Of a stretch of DNA of 64,000 nt, positions 10,264-20,853 are shown in pieces (position 1 is the stretch's first letter; each line of letters opens with the position of its first letter). The DNA is from Nostoc sp. GTDB taxonomy: Bacteria; Cyanobacteriota; Cyanobacteriia; Cyanobacteriales; Nostocaceae. The DNA is taken from positions 96,001 through 160,000 of the forward strand of contig JBALDB010000028.1 in NCBI GenBank assembly GCA_036918135.1, given 5' to 3'. The position numbers and the translations under genes are program-made. Below the pieces are notes generated by a model. That model was not told where the DNA came from. It saw only the letters and a list, made by a program, of their open reading frames with translations, and searched no databases.

Positions 10264-12267
10264 TTAACTCAAAACAACGCGATCGCGTCCTTGTCTTTTT
10301 GCTTGATATAGTGCTTGTTCAGCAGCATTAACTAAAGTAGCAGGTTCAGTTTCAACTTCAGGAATAATACTAGCTACGCCTAAACTAACAGTTAAAACAG
10401 CAGCAGGCAAACCGCCAATGTTAGGATACTCACACTTAATCGCCAAAGCTTTTACTTGCTCTCGAATATATTCGGCAAGGTTCATTATCACAGCAATATC
10501 TACTTTCGCAAGAATGGCAAATTCTTCCCCACCATAACGAGCCACTAACACCTCGCTGTTTTCATTTTTTAAATCTGCTTTGGAGAAAGTTGCAAAATAA
10601 TTAGTAGCAGGATAAGCCATTCTCTGATTGGAATATGAAAAACTACTATTATCTAACGAGCATTTTATGCAGTTACAGATAGTATTAGCGATTTCTCGTA
10701 AACACCGATCTCCTGCGGCATTGCCGTAAGTTTTATTATAAATTTTGAAATAGTCGATATCGCACAAAATTAGTGATATGGGAGTGTGTTGAAGAATAGA
10801 ACTTTGCCACTCAATTTGCAGATAGGTTTGAAAGTAGCGGCGATTCACTAATTGAGTTAGTTCATCCAAGCTAGAGAGGAGGAGCAATTGTTGATTTTCT
10901 TGTTTTAACTGGTTAACATGATTGTTGTTGAATTCCTCATTTATTTTTAGATATTCTCGAAAATATAAACGATATAATTTACATGTGGGAGTAGAGCGAT
11001 CGCCTTCTAAGTTAATTAGCCCCATACCCTGTAATTTATATGCCAATATCGGTTCTAATTTCACATAATTATTAGTATTAATTACTTGATAAAAAGCATT
11101 TGCTAATTCTGGTTCATCTCGGAGGAGTAATATATATTGCCTTAAATACTCGTGGTAAATTCCTAATTCTGTAGGTGCTTGTTGCAATAGCTGTTCTAAA
11201 TTTCCTTGTAATCCTCCTTTACCTATAAGATGATATAAAGCCAATCGCACCAAATAAGGATGTCCTCCCACAACTGCCATTAAACTATCAGCATCTTTAC
11301 CATCTGTCCAATCCAAACCGTGACGTTGTGCTAAATCTTGGACTTGTTCTTTTGTAAACAAAGGCAATTTAATCGGCAAACCAATATTAAATAGTGATTG
11401 ACTCAGTTTTATGGGAACAATAATTTCCGTTGAGTAAACTAGAACCAGGCGCAGTTTTTGCCAAATTTCTACTGCTTTAGCTTGTTCGTGCCACAAGCGC
11501 ACTAATGCTAACAATTCTCCAGCAATTTCCTGATACTCAAATACCCAATTTGCTTCATTTAAAACTAAAATAAGGGGAGTTTCCAACGCCGACAGCAAAT
11601 ACTTTTGAAAATAGATAGAGCAGCTGACTTTGCTACCCATATTTTCATCCCAATAATCATTGAGTTTTGGTTCTAGCTGTAATTCACGACTGACATTGGC
11701 ACAAAACCAGCGCAAAAATTTATCTGAACTGGCAAATACTGGTTTGTCTGCTTGCAGAAAGTCCAAACTCACGGTGCGAAAGCCTTGCTTTTTGGCGCGT
11801 GCAAGCAACCGCAGAACCAGAGAGCTTTTGCCCATTTTCTTGGGTGCTTTGATGCAGATGACACTCCCTGGTTGAGCCATTTCTGCATAAGCAACTTCCT
11901 CTATTGGCGGACGAGAAATGTAAAATCTGGAATTTAGGGATACCGGGCCATTAGGAAATTCTAAGGATATGGCTGTGGCAGCTCGGTTAAATTCCCTAAG
12001 TAACTGCTGATGTGTTTTGTTAAGACGATGATTTTCTAGAGTCTGGCGGAAGTTGGACTCATTTATCGGTTCTTTGTAAAAATGACTCAGTATTTGCCAT
12101 AAATCAGCAGCAACTTTCCTGACGCGATCCTCGGCGTAGTCTGCTTCAATTGCGATATTAGTGTAAGTTTTTCCTTCCCAAGAAGAACGCAATACAATCT
12201 CTTGGAGTGTTGTTAAACCGATTGCTTGACTGGCTTTTAATAGCAGTGCTACTTCATCTATAGTCAT
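10264..12267 (-). CDS. HTH + AAA-like (AAA_35) domain + GGDEF diguanylate cyclase
   Basis: N-terminal SWEGKTY..IA helix-turn-helix, PNGPVSLNSRFYISRPP, P-loop APKKMGKSS, GGHPYL; C-terminal DELTQLVNRR, DIDYFK, ARYGGEEF. Confidence 0.88.
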   Translation of the reverse strand: MTIDEVALLLKASQAIGLTTLQEIVLRSSWEGKTYTNIAIEADYAEDRVRKVAADLWQILSHFYKEPINESNFRQTLENHRLNKTHQQLLREFNRAATAISLEFPNGPVSLNSRFYISRPPIEEVAYAEMAQPGSVICIKAPKKMGKSSLVLRLLARAKKQGFRTVSLDFLQADKPVFASSDKFLRWFCANVSRELQLEPKLNDYWDENMGSKVSCSIYFQKYLLSALETPLILVLNEANWVFEYQEIAGELLALVRLWHEQAKAVEIWQKLRLVLVYSTEIIVPIKLSQSLFNIGLPIKLPLFTKEQVQDLAQRHGLDWTDGKDADSLMAVVGGHPYLVRLALYHLIGKGGLQGNLEQLLQQAPTELGIYHEYLRQYILLLRDEPELANAFYQVINTNNYVKLEPILAYKLQGMGLINLEGDRSTPTCKLYRLYFREYLKINEEFNNNHVNQLKQENQQLLLLSSLDELTQLVNRRYFQTYLQIEWQSSILQHTPISLILCDIDYFKIYNKTYGNAAGDRCLREIANTICNCIKCSLDNSSFSYSNQRMAYPATNYFATFSKADLKNENSEVLVARYGGEEFAILAKVDIAVIMNLAEYIREQVKALAIKCEYPNIGGLPAAVLTVSLGVASIIPEVETEPATLVNAAEQALYQAKRQGRDRVVLS

Positions 12268-12769
12268 TATTCATTGACTCTAATTGAGCATGAAATTTTA
12301 TTACACCATTATTCTTGCAACTGAATGTAGCCTGTTGCGTGTAGGGAACAGCCAGCCCTTTTCACAAATGGTACAAAAAAGTCTAGAATAATTTTTTTAT
12401 ATCCTCAGATATTTGACGTGATTTAATCATAAAATTTTTTCCAAATTTTTCCAAGTTTTTCGCTAGTTTTATATGATTCGATCTACTTTTTTAGACATAT
12501 TTTAGAATGTAGATGCAGATAATTTAGCTATTTTTTTCTCAAAAATAGTCAAGGCGATCGCCACGAAGGTGACATTTGTCCGTTTAGTTTTTGCTAAATT
12601 CCATCCAATTTGATGATATTGGCTGATAATCTGAGATCTAAGTTACAGTCTAATCAACTAAGTTGACGATTCATTAACAAAACCGTACTGTCCACAACAG
12701 GATGGTCAGGGTGCTAAGACAGCGTAGAGACAAGAAGCACAGGATATCTTCCTCATCGTACCAGTAACT

Positions 12770-13228
12770 ATGCATATCAAAGAACCCACTATCAATTCAC
12801 TCTCAACTCAACTTTCAGTACAAGATTCCCAAATTCTAGAACCAGCGCCGCTGCACAAACAACAAAAAAACTTACCTCAAGAGAATTCAAATACTTGGCA
12901 ATGTTCCCTAGCAGCCGTAGAGATGGCCTTAATAGCCAGTGGCTTGGGGTTGTGGGATTGGAATCTGGTAACAGATAAAACTTATTACGATCCCCAGTGG
13001 AAACGCATTCTGGGGTATGAACTAGACGAAATCGCTCACGAGTTGAAATCTTTTGAGCAACTCGTACATCCCCAGGATTTACCGATAATTCGCCAGGTAT
13101 TGCAGAATTATCTTCAAGAATACAGACCTGTTTTTGAAGTCGAATTACGAATGTTAACTAAATCTGGCGAGTGGAAGTGGATTTTGACTTGTGGCAAAGT
13201 ATTTCAGTGGGATGAATTTGGTAGGCCA
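12770..13228 (+). pseudogene. PAS (PAS_3) sensor protein, truncated
   Basis: GLWDWNL, W.RILGY, VHPQD, ELRMLTKSGEWKWIL..GK...DEFGRP, then an abrupt loss of the PAC end. The ORF reads on to 13369 in unrelated sequence. Confidence 0.7.
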
Positions 13229-13292
13229 TTCATTCCCAAAAATATTTCAGTTTTGCTTATATGTATGCCGTCACTGCAACTGATTAAAATCT

Positions 13293-13892
13293 ATGAATTC
13301 AACTGTTTCGTCTCAAACTCCGAAGTTGCCCACCCAAGCAATAGGAGCCAAAATATTTCATTGGTGTAACCTCATTAGCCTGTTTATTATGCTTACTAGT
13401 GGATTACAAATTTACAATGCCAACCCTGTTTTTGGTGGACGTGCAGGCTTGCACATTCTACCAATATTTACCTTGGGAGGTTGGCTTGCAGGAGGTAGAC
13501 ATTGGCATTTTGCTGCAATGTGGTTATTTTCCTTGAATCTCTTGTGGTATGGAATTTACGTTTTAATTACTAGGCGCTGGCGACATCGGTTTGTAGGAGC
13601 TAATGACCTCAAAGCATTACAAAAAACTCAAAATTCTAAGCGCCTCATTTATGCTTGGCATCGGATTGTCTATACAGCAATTATTCCTATCTTATTGCTG
13701 GCATTATTTACAGGAATAGGAATGTATAAACCTGCTCAATTTCATTGGATAGTGGATTTATTTGGCAGTTGGCAAGCATTGCGAATTATTCACTTTGCCT
13801 CAGTACCAATAGTTATCTTATTTGCAGTAATTCACTCTTTATTAGGGCGTCAAGCAGGAGGTTCTCAACTAACAGAATCAATGTTTTGGTAA
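13293..13892 (+). CDS. Cytochrome b/b6-domain membrane protein (YdhU-like)
   Basis: FHWCN, SGLQIYNA.P, GRHWHFAAMW, RIIHF, VIH: heme-ligand His pattern within transmembrane helices. Confidence 0.85.
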   Translation: MNSTVSSQTPKLPTQAIGAKIFHWCNLISLFIMLTSGLQIYNANPVFGGRAGLHILPIFTLGGWLAGGRHWHFAAMWLFSLNLLWYGIYVLITRRWRHRFVGANDLKALQKTQNSKRLIYAWHRIVYTAIIPILLLALFTGIGMYKPAQFHWIVDLFGSWQALRIIHFASVPIVILFAVIHSLLGRQAGGSQLTESMFW

Positions 13893-13957
13893 ACGAACAA
13901 AAGATGAGTAAGGAGGGTAGAAAGATTATAAAATAATACGCTTAGCTTAAGAAAAAA

Positions 13958-14091
13958 GTAGGTTGGATTGAGCAAAGCGAAACCCAACAAATCCAAAAAT
14001 GTTAGGTTACCCTATGGGATCGTTGTTACGTTCCTCAAACGCCACTTAAGGAGCCGGGAAACCTGTCCAACGTAGGGGCTCCCCAACCTAC
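13958..14091. repeat. REP-like palindromic element with nested insert
   Basis: GTAGGTTGG...AAGCGAAACCCAAC at the left and inverted CCAACCTAC at the right, enclosing a CGCCAC...GGCTCCCC unit similar to those at ~20485-20517 and ~40860. Confidence 0.55.
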
Positions 14092-14195
14092 AGTTACTAT
14101 TTTTATGTCAAAATATTAAATTTAATGGAAGATTTGATAAATCCAAAGGAGTGTACGCTACCTAGATGGGAATGCGTTAACAAAGGACTAAATCA

Positions 14196-15080
14196 ATGGG
14201 ATATGTAATTGCAACTGCAAATATGAAAGGTGGCGTTGGTAAAACCACCCTTACTGTCAACTTAGCTACCTGTTTAGCTAAAAATCATGGCAAGCGCGTA
14301 CTTGTGCTTGATTTAGACAGCCAAATTAGCGCCACACTGAGTTTGATGTCACCTTTAGATTTTGCTAAGCGTCGTAAACAAAGTAAGACATTTAGATATC
14401 TCATAGACGAGGTTATCAACCCAGAACCACAAGCAAAGCTGACAATTCAAGATATCATTCAATCCCAGGTTTGTAATCTTCCTGGACTGGATTTATTACC
14501 GGGAGATATCGATCTATATGATGAATTTGTTGTTTCAGAAATGCTGCATCAACAAGCAACTGCTTTAGGAGAACAAGACTTTGAAACGATTTGGAATCGC
14601 TTTGAAAGAGTTTTGATAAACAATATTTTAAAAGCTGTGCGCCAAGAATATGATTTTATTCTTCTCGATTGTGCCCCTGGTTATAATCTATTGACTCGTA
14701 GCGCTTTAGCTGCCAGTGATTTCTATATACTTCCAGCTAAACCAGAACCCTTATCTGTAGTCGGTATTCAACTACTAGAAAGACGGATTGCCCAATTAAA
14801 AGATAGCCACGGACATGAAACCAAGATAGATATAAAAATGCTAGGAATTGTCTTCAGCATGTCTAGTGCTAACCTTTTAACTGGTAGATACTATAAACAA
14901 GTGATGCATCGGGTTGTTGAAGATTTCGGCGTTGAAAAAATTTGTAAGGTACAAATACCAGTTGATGTCAATGTTGCCAAGGCTGTTGATAGTTTTATAC
15001 CAGCTGTTTTAAATGCTCCTCAATCACCTGGTTCAAAAGCATTTTTTCAGTTAACTCAGGAGTTGTTGCAAAAACTATAG
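14196..15080 (+). CDS. ParA family ATPase
   Basis: Deviant Walker A NMKGGVGKTT, LVLDLDSQ, YDFILLDCAPG. Confidence 0.92.
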   Translation: MGYVIATANMKGGVGKTTLTVNLATCLAKNHGKRVLVLDLDSQISATLSLMSPLDFAKRRKQSKTFRYLIDEVINPEPQAKLTIQDIIQSQVCNLPGLDLLPGDIDLYDEFVVSEMLHQQATALGEQDFETIWNRFERVLINNILKAVRQEYDFILLDCAPGYNLLTRSALAASDFYILPAKPEPLSVVGIQLLERRIAQLKDSHGHETKIDIKMLGIVFSMSSANLLTGRYYKQVMHRVVEDFGVEKICKVQIPVDVNVAKAVDSFIPAVLNAPQSPGSKAFFQLTQELLQKL

Positions 15081-15108
15081 TCTTACTTAATCATTCATAA
15101 GCAATAAG

Positions 15109-15138
15109 ATTCTCTACTTCTTTAAGAAGTAGGGAATT
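15109..15138 (+). terminator. Hairpin downstream of the ParA gene
   Basis: ATTCTCTACTTCT-TTA-AGAAGTAGGGAAT inverted repeat. Confidence 0.5.
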
Positions 15139-15281
15139 TCACTATGTAGATTATTATATACAATAATACAACGTGGTAATAATTAAGCCACTCTTTTCAT
15201 AAGTTCAGTAGTTATACTGAAGCTTTCAGCAAGAAGATTCAGTTATTGAGTGAAAAGGCCAGTAAATCTAGCTAAGAAACA

Positions 15282-18200
15282 ATGATTAGTAATGATTCTG
15301 TACACGCACAGAAAAATCAGCCCTTGGGAATGCGGCTACCACGTACTTTGAGTTATCTGGAAACTTGGGGCTTTGGGTTGACAGGTCATGTTGGATGGAT
15401 TGGTACCGCTCCGATTATTCATGCAGCATTAGGGTCTAAAGCTATCTTAGTTTGGTTGTTTGGCACCATCATCTCCTTTTTACTTAATTTGCAGGTACAA
15501 AATCTAGGTAGACATTGGCCAGATGTCGCAGGAGGAACACCGAACTATACTACAAGGTTATTAAAGAACTTTCCTGGTTTAGGTCGTTACGTAGCCTTAG
15601 GCTACTTTTTTAGCTGGGCGGCAGCACCAGCGCTGTATGCAATTATTTTGACAAACCTGATTAAAGTCAACTTTCAAACATTAGATATTGTTTGTCCAGA
15701 AACTTTTCTAAAAGTTGTATTTACAACAATTCCTTTTATTGTGGCGTTCAGCGGTACTCGTGCTTTAGCCCTGCTGCACTTATTTTTTGTGTTCCCAGCA
15801 ATTTTATTACTGTTTTTATTTTGCATTCAAGGCGTACTATGGTTAACCTTTTCAAGCACTAGTTTTAACTTACCCCCAATTAGTATACATAGCTTGAGCT
15901 TTGAAGAATGGGCAAAGTGGTTTTTCTTGGCTAGCTATTCAATTTATGCTTGTGAAACTACTTCTTCTTTTGTTGCTGATAGCCACAACCCAGAAAAAAC
16001 TTTGAAGTTCTTATCTGTGGCTGCTTGGTTAATTCCTCCGGTATTTCTAGGTAGTTCTTGGATATTAACGTGTTCGGCTCCAAATCCAACAATAGGCGAC
16101 GATGTATTCTTAAATTTGCTAGCAGCTTCTATGCCTTTTTGGGGTAAATACGCCTCATTTTTAGTGACACTTCTAATTACTGTATCCTGTCTTTTAAGTT
16201 CTGCTACGGCAGTTTCTAATTCTCCTCGGATATTATACCAACTTGCTTTAGACGGACAGCTTTCTGAGATATTTGCAGTAGTTTCCCGTCAAGGTGTTCT
16301 TGGGCCTGCTATTTTAGTTGCCTTCATTCTTAGTCTGTTTTGTTTAAATTTAGGAAATGTATCTCAACTGGTGACGGTAGCAGGTACTTGTTATCTGTTG
16401 TCGATTATGGGACTACATTTAGGATTATGGTTGTGTCGAGGTCAACCTGAGGTGTTATGGCCTTGGTACTCACTTGGTTTTTTCTTTGTAGAAGCGATAG
16501 TTCTGATAATTGGAGGTTTAGCTTGGAATTGGAGAGATTTTTTAGTGGGATTATTGTTACCCATTGTTTTGATGCTAGCAGATCTAGTGCTACGTCACTT
16601 AAGATTTGCACCATTACATCCAAGATGGTGGACTGAGCGTTACGATGCAAAGTCTAGTAGAAACAACCCAGATTTTGTTGTTCTACAAGTGATTGTCTTA
16701 GTATCATTAATTTGTATTACCGCTACAAGTAGTTGGTTTATCCGCGATTTATTAGGCAAAGTTACTAATAATACTCCTAACTCTTTATTAGCTATTTTAT
16801 TGGTAATACTTTCTTTTACAGGAGTAGCGATCGCCTGTTGGACAACTCTACCACAAATTGTTGCTATTGATGAGGCACGCAAACAAGCAAAAAACCTATT
16901 TATCACTACTCTTGATACGGTTCCAGATACTGTTTTAGTCTTAGATGAAGACGGGATGATTTGTCAAACCAATGCAGCTGCTGAAGAATTATTTGAATTA
17001 AGTATTCAGCAGTTACTTGGGCAAAACTTGAATCAACTGTTAATGTATTATCAGGGTAAACCAGAGGAATGGTCTATTAGAAGCGAGCAAACTTTAAAAA
17101 TTAATCAAGGTCTACGAATTGTTGAATCCACTGTTTCACGCCCATTTAATCCTCAACTACGAGAGTATGTTGTCATTGTACGTGACATCACTCAACGTAA
17201 GTTAGCAGAGGAAGAATTAGTCCAGTATCGTTGTCAGCTTGAGCAACTAGTGTTAGAACGCACCATTGAACTTATTCGAGTTAATCAACAACTCCAACAA
17301 GATATTATAAAGCGTCAAAATGCCCAAGAAGAATTACTACACAATAGTCTTCACGATGTGCTAACTGGGTTACCCAATCAATCTTTATTTATCCAGCGAG
17401 TGCAGCACTCAATAGAACGTACTAAACAGGACAATAATTATCTATTTGCTGTTCTTTTCTTAGATGTAGACCGTTTTAAGGTCGTTAATGATAGCCTCGG
17501 ACATCTACTAGGAAATCAACTTTTGATTGCAATTTCTCATCGCCTCAAGTCAGTTGTCCGAGCCGGAGATGTAGTTGCTCGTTTTGGGGGAGATGAGTTC
17601 ACAATTTTAATTGAGGAAATTGATGATATTAACACCGCCATACAAATAGCTGAACGCATTAAAAAGGTGCTAGCTTTGCCATTTCAATTGAACGAGCATC
17701 GAGTATTTGCTAATGCTAGTATTGGCATTGCTTTTAGTAAAGTAGATTATCAGCAAGCAGCACAGATAATCCGTGATGCTGATGTGGCAATGTACTCTGC
17801 CAAAGCACTTGGTAAGGCACGTTATCAGGTGTTCGATCAAAAGATGCATGAAAGTGCATCTTTACTCTTAGAATTAGAAACTGCTCTGCGACATGCACTC
17901 TTACTCAAGCAAGAAGAATTTCGCCTTTACTACCAACCAATTATTTCACTATTAACTGGTAAAATTATTGGATTTGAAGCATTGATCCGCTGGCATCATC
18001 CAGAACGAGGAATTGTTTCCCCTCAAGATTTTATCCCCTTGGCGGAAGAGACTGGAATGATTGTTAGTATTGGGCAATGGGTACTTTATCAAGCCTGCCA
18101 CCAAATGCACATCTGGCATCAACAATTTCCTAGTTCGCTCAATTTAACAATTAGCGTCAATTTTTCTGGTAAACAGATTAGCCAACCCGATATCTTTAAA

Positions 18201-18668
18201 CAAGTTAAACTGATTTTGCAGCAAACTGGACTGAAGCCATGCAGTTTGAAATTAGAGATTACTGAAAGCTTGTTGATGGATAATTTTGAATTAGCTACTA
18301 CTGTGCTTTCCCAGTTAACTGCCCTGAATATCGAGTTACATATGGATGATTTTGGTACAGGCTATTCATCTTTGAATTATTTGCATCGCCTACCAATCAA
18401 AACCATTAAGATTGACCGCTCTTTTGTCAACAATATAGGTAGTCGAGGAGAAAATTTAGAAATTGTTCGAGCGATAGTTACATTAGCTCATAATTTGAAT
18501 ATGTCTGTAACAGCAGAAGGAATAGAAACTGTAGAGCAATTAGCACAACTAAAGGCATTACAGTGTGATTATGGACAAGGATATTTTTTCTTACCGCCTC
18601 TAGAAAGTGCAGAAGTAGAAACATTACTGGCTGCTAACTTTTGTTGCAAAGACTTCTTCAGTAACTAA
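15282..18668 (+). CDS. APC amino-acid permease-PAS-GGDEF-EAL fusion protein
   Basis: About 530 hydrophobic residues with APC motifs (LPRTLS..ETWGF, AGGTPNY, IYACET...DSHNPEKT, PRILYQLALDG), then PAS (NAAAEELF...RDIT), RAGD..ARFGGDEF, GFEALIRW, DDFGTGYSSL. Confidence 0.92.
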   Translation: MISNDSVHAQKNQPLGMRLPRTLSYLETWGFGLTGHVGWIGTAPIIHAALGSKAILVWLFGTIISFLLNLQVQNLGRHWPDVAGGTPNYTTRLLKNFPGLGRYVALGYFFSWAAAPALYAIILTNLIKVNFQTLDIVCPETFLKVVFTTIPFIVAFSGTRALALLHLFFVFPAILLLFLFCIQGVLWLTFSSTSFNLPPISIHSLSFEEWAKWFFLASYSIYACETTSSFVADSHNPEKTLKFLSVAAWLIPPVFLGSSWILTCSAPNPTIGDDVFLNLLAASMPFWGKYASFLVTLLITVSCLLSSATAVSNSPRILYQLALDGQLSEIFAVVSRQGVLGPAILVAFILSLFCLNLGNVSQLVTVAGTCYLLSIMGLHLGLWLCRGQPEVLWPWYSLGFFFVEAIVLIIGGLAWNWRDFLVGLLLPIVLMLADLVLRHLRFAPLHPRWWTERYDAKSSRNNPDFVVLQVIVLVSLICITATSSWFIRDLLGKVTNNTPNSLLAILLVILSFTGVAIACWTTLPQIVAIDEARKQAKNLFITTLDTVPDTVLVLDEDGMICQTNAAAEELFELSIQQLLGQNLNQLLMYYQGKPEEWSIRSEQTLKINQGLRIVESTVSRPFNPQLREYVVIVRDITQRKLAEEELVQYRCQLEQLVLERTIELIRVNQQLQQDIIKRQNAQEELLHNSLHDVLTGLPNQSLFIQRVQHSIERTKQDNNYLFAVLFLDVDRFKVVNDSLGHLLGNQLLIAISHRLKSVVRAGDVVARFGGDEFTILIEEIDDINTAIQIAERIKKVLALPFQLNEHRVFANASIGIAFSKVDYQQAAQIIRDADVAMYSAKALGKARYQVFDQKMHESASLLLELETALRHALLLKQEEFRLYYQPIISLLTGKIIGFEALIRWHHPERGIVSPQDFIPLAEETGMIVSIGQWVLYQACHQMHIWHQQFPSSLNLTISVNFSGKQISQPDIFKQVKLILQQTGLKPCSLKLEITESLLMDNFELATTVLSQLTALNIELHMDDFGTGYSSLNYLHRLPIKTIKIDRSFVNNIGSRGENLEIVRAIVTLAHNLNMSVTAEGIETVEQLAQLKALQCDYGQGYFFLPPLESAEVETLLAANFCCKDFFSN

Positions 18669-18744
18669 ATTGTTACTTTTCATTAGTTATTGGTTATTTT
18701 TAATTTATATTTAAAAATAACAAAGGACTAATGACTATTGACAA

Positions 18745-19893
18745 TTAGCTTACTGCCTGTAGCTGTAAATTTTTTACTTGATTAAATAACCCCTGTTCTA
18801 AAAAAAGTTCATGAATAAAAGTATCTATTTTCTCTTCATCGATATTCTGCATAACTACAATGTGTGCCCAATTTTCAAAGCTTGCTAACTGCCACTTTTT
18901 AATTAATCTTTGAGAAGGTTTTTGAAGTACTACAGTATTAGAGAAATTATTGAGCATACATGGATATTCTCGGAATTGAAGTTGTTGAAAAAGATATTGA
19001 GCATTCCGAATACAGGTCTTTGCTTCTCTGGCTAACCCATTATAACCTCTACTTTGCAGTGCATACCAGAGAATCAAAGGAGTATGACCGTTTCTAGAGC
19101 CGAGAATAGTTGTATCTTTGGAACCAATATATTCAATCATTGTTTCCACTCTTTCTACCCATTTTTTCTTAGTTAAGACTACACCACAAGGTAATGGAGA
19201 ACCGATAAATTTAGCAGAAATAGCTATACTATCTATTGGTTTTTGAAAGTTCACTTGAGGAGCGCCATCTAAAAATGGTAAGACTAATCCTGAAAGTGCA
19301 GCATCACAATGAATGTAATAATTTTTAATCTGATGACGATCTAAAATTTCTATAACTTTGTCTAAATTATCGATCGCACCCTTAACAGTAGTGCCAATAT
19401 TTAAATTGATAATCACAGGATAATTCCGATTTTGGCTAATTACCTGTTCTAAATGATGATAACTTATTTCCCCATTAATTTGTGAATCTACAACCTGATG
19501 CTTGATCCGAAATAATTTAGCTGCTTTGGAAATTGAGTAATGAGAATCTTGTGATGAATATAGAATCCCATTCGGGTAAATTTCTCTTGCTAAAAAGATT
19601 CCATATAAATTACCTTCAGTTCCACCAGCAGTCACATAACCCCAAAATTTATTTTCTGGAATTTTATAAAGCTGGGCAAAAAAAGATAAGACTTCTTGTT
19701 CAAATTGACGGGAATGCAGACCAAAATCTGGCTCTACATAAGGATCTCCGGCATTATTTAGCAGAAAACTGAAAAATTTGACAATTTCACTGTAATCACA
19801 ACTTAAATTATATGGATAACCCGCATGAAAGTGCGATCGCTGTTCTATCTGCTGTAGAAAATTTTCCAACTTTTGAGCAACTCTATCTGACAT
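18745..19893 (-). CDS. PLP-dependent group II decarboxylase (histidine/serine decarboxylase-like)
   Basis: GYPYN, NNAGDP, WGYVTAGGTEGN, SHYSISKAA, GTTVKGAID, YIHCDAALSG, GSRNG. Confidence 0.88.
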   Translation of the reverse strand: MSDRVAQKLENFLQQIEQRSHFHAGYPYNLSCDYSEIVKFFSFLLNNAGDPYVEPDFGLHSRQFEQEVLSFFAQLYKIPENKFWGYVTAGGTEGNLYGIFLAREIYPNGILYSSQDSHYSISKAAKLFRIKHQVVDSQINGEISYHHLEQVISQNRNYPVIINLNIGTTVKGAIDNLDKVIEILDRHQIKNYYIHCDAALSGLVLPFLDGAPQVNFQKPIDSIAISAKFIGSPLPCGVVLTKKKWVERVETMIEYIGSKDTTILGSRNGHTPLILWYALQSRGYNGLAREAKTCIRNAQYLFQQLQFREYPCMLNNFSNTVVLQKPSQRLIKKWQLASFENWAHIVVMQNIDEEKIDTFIHELFLEQGLFNQVKNLQLQAVS

Positions 19894-20853
19894 AATCTGT
19901 ATTTTTAGTTTTGATTTAAGGGAAGTTTTAGTCTAATTTTTAGATAGAAACCCCATTTCTTTAGTTTTTTTTTATATTAACTCTAGATTATTTTTCCTAA
20001 AAAAAATAATCAGTGCTATTACCTAAAAAGCTTTTTTAAAACTATATTATTTCTTTAAAATCTTGATTAAATGGATAAATTTGAAGATAAAATTTGTCCA
20101 AATCTTTGTAATACGTGAATATATGAAGATACTGTCAGTATTTAAAAAAAACTTCACTTCAAATCAACTCAGGATAATCACTGATGAAAAACTCTGTTTA
20201 TCTTTGCATCACAGCCTCTGTGTCAGGTAAAATGAGGATAATTACTTACGATCGAAATTTCTGCGTTTGAGAGCGCTAGAGAAAGACTTTTGGGAACTTC
20301 TGCTCTACTCCCCTGCGGCATCTCCCCGAACTCGCAGGGAGGTTGGAGGGGTCAAAATAATGTGCAGTTTCTCAGAGAGTCGGTATTAATTCATTGATAG
20401 AGATTAAAAAAACAGCTAGCCTTTTTTCAAGTTCCCGACTTCAGTCGTAGCGTAATAACTACGAATTACGAATTTTGGCTACTTCCTCATGGAGGAGACC
20501 CTGAGGCAGTGGCTCCTCTATACCTATCGCGCTTGTACTGCACTTCATGCACCACGCAGACAAGTTCAAAAATTAAAGCGCATTACTATCTATTGTGCTG
20601 TGTGAAAGAAATTGAAGAAAAACTGTATCAATTTGCATCTGGTTGAGATTTATGAATTTTAACTTACGTTAATAAAGAAATCTAACTGTAGACAGATGAA
20701 ATATGAAGCGTTACTGTGGTTAAGAATCTGGATTTTTGTGTTTAGTCTATATTCAAGTGTAAACGCTAGAGACAACGAGCGAATCATTTGATATTGCTCC
20801 TGAGTGTATTTTATCCCGTCCACAGTCAGCCTCAAGACATAGGTTTTTTACTC

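Noticed and set aside
14196..15080. Plasmid partition locus
   Set aside because: No parB or parS repeats seen; the window carries core chromosomal genes.
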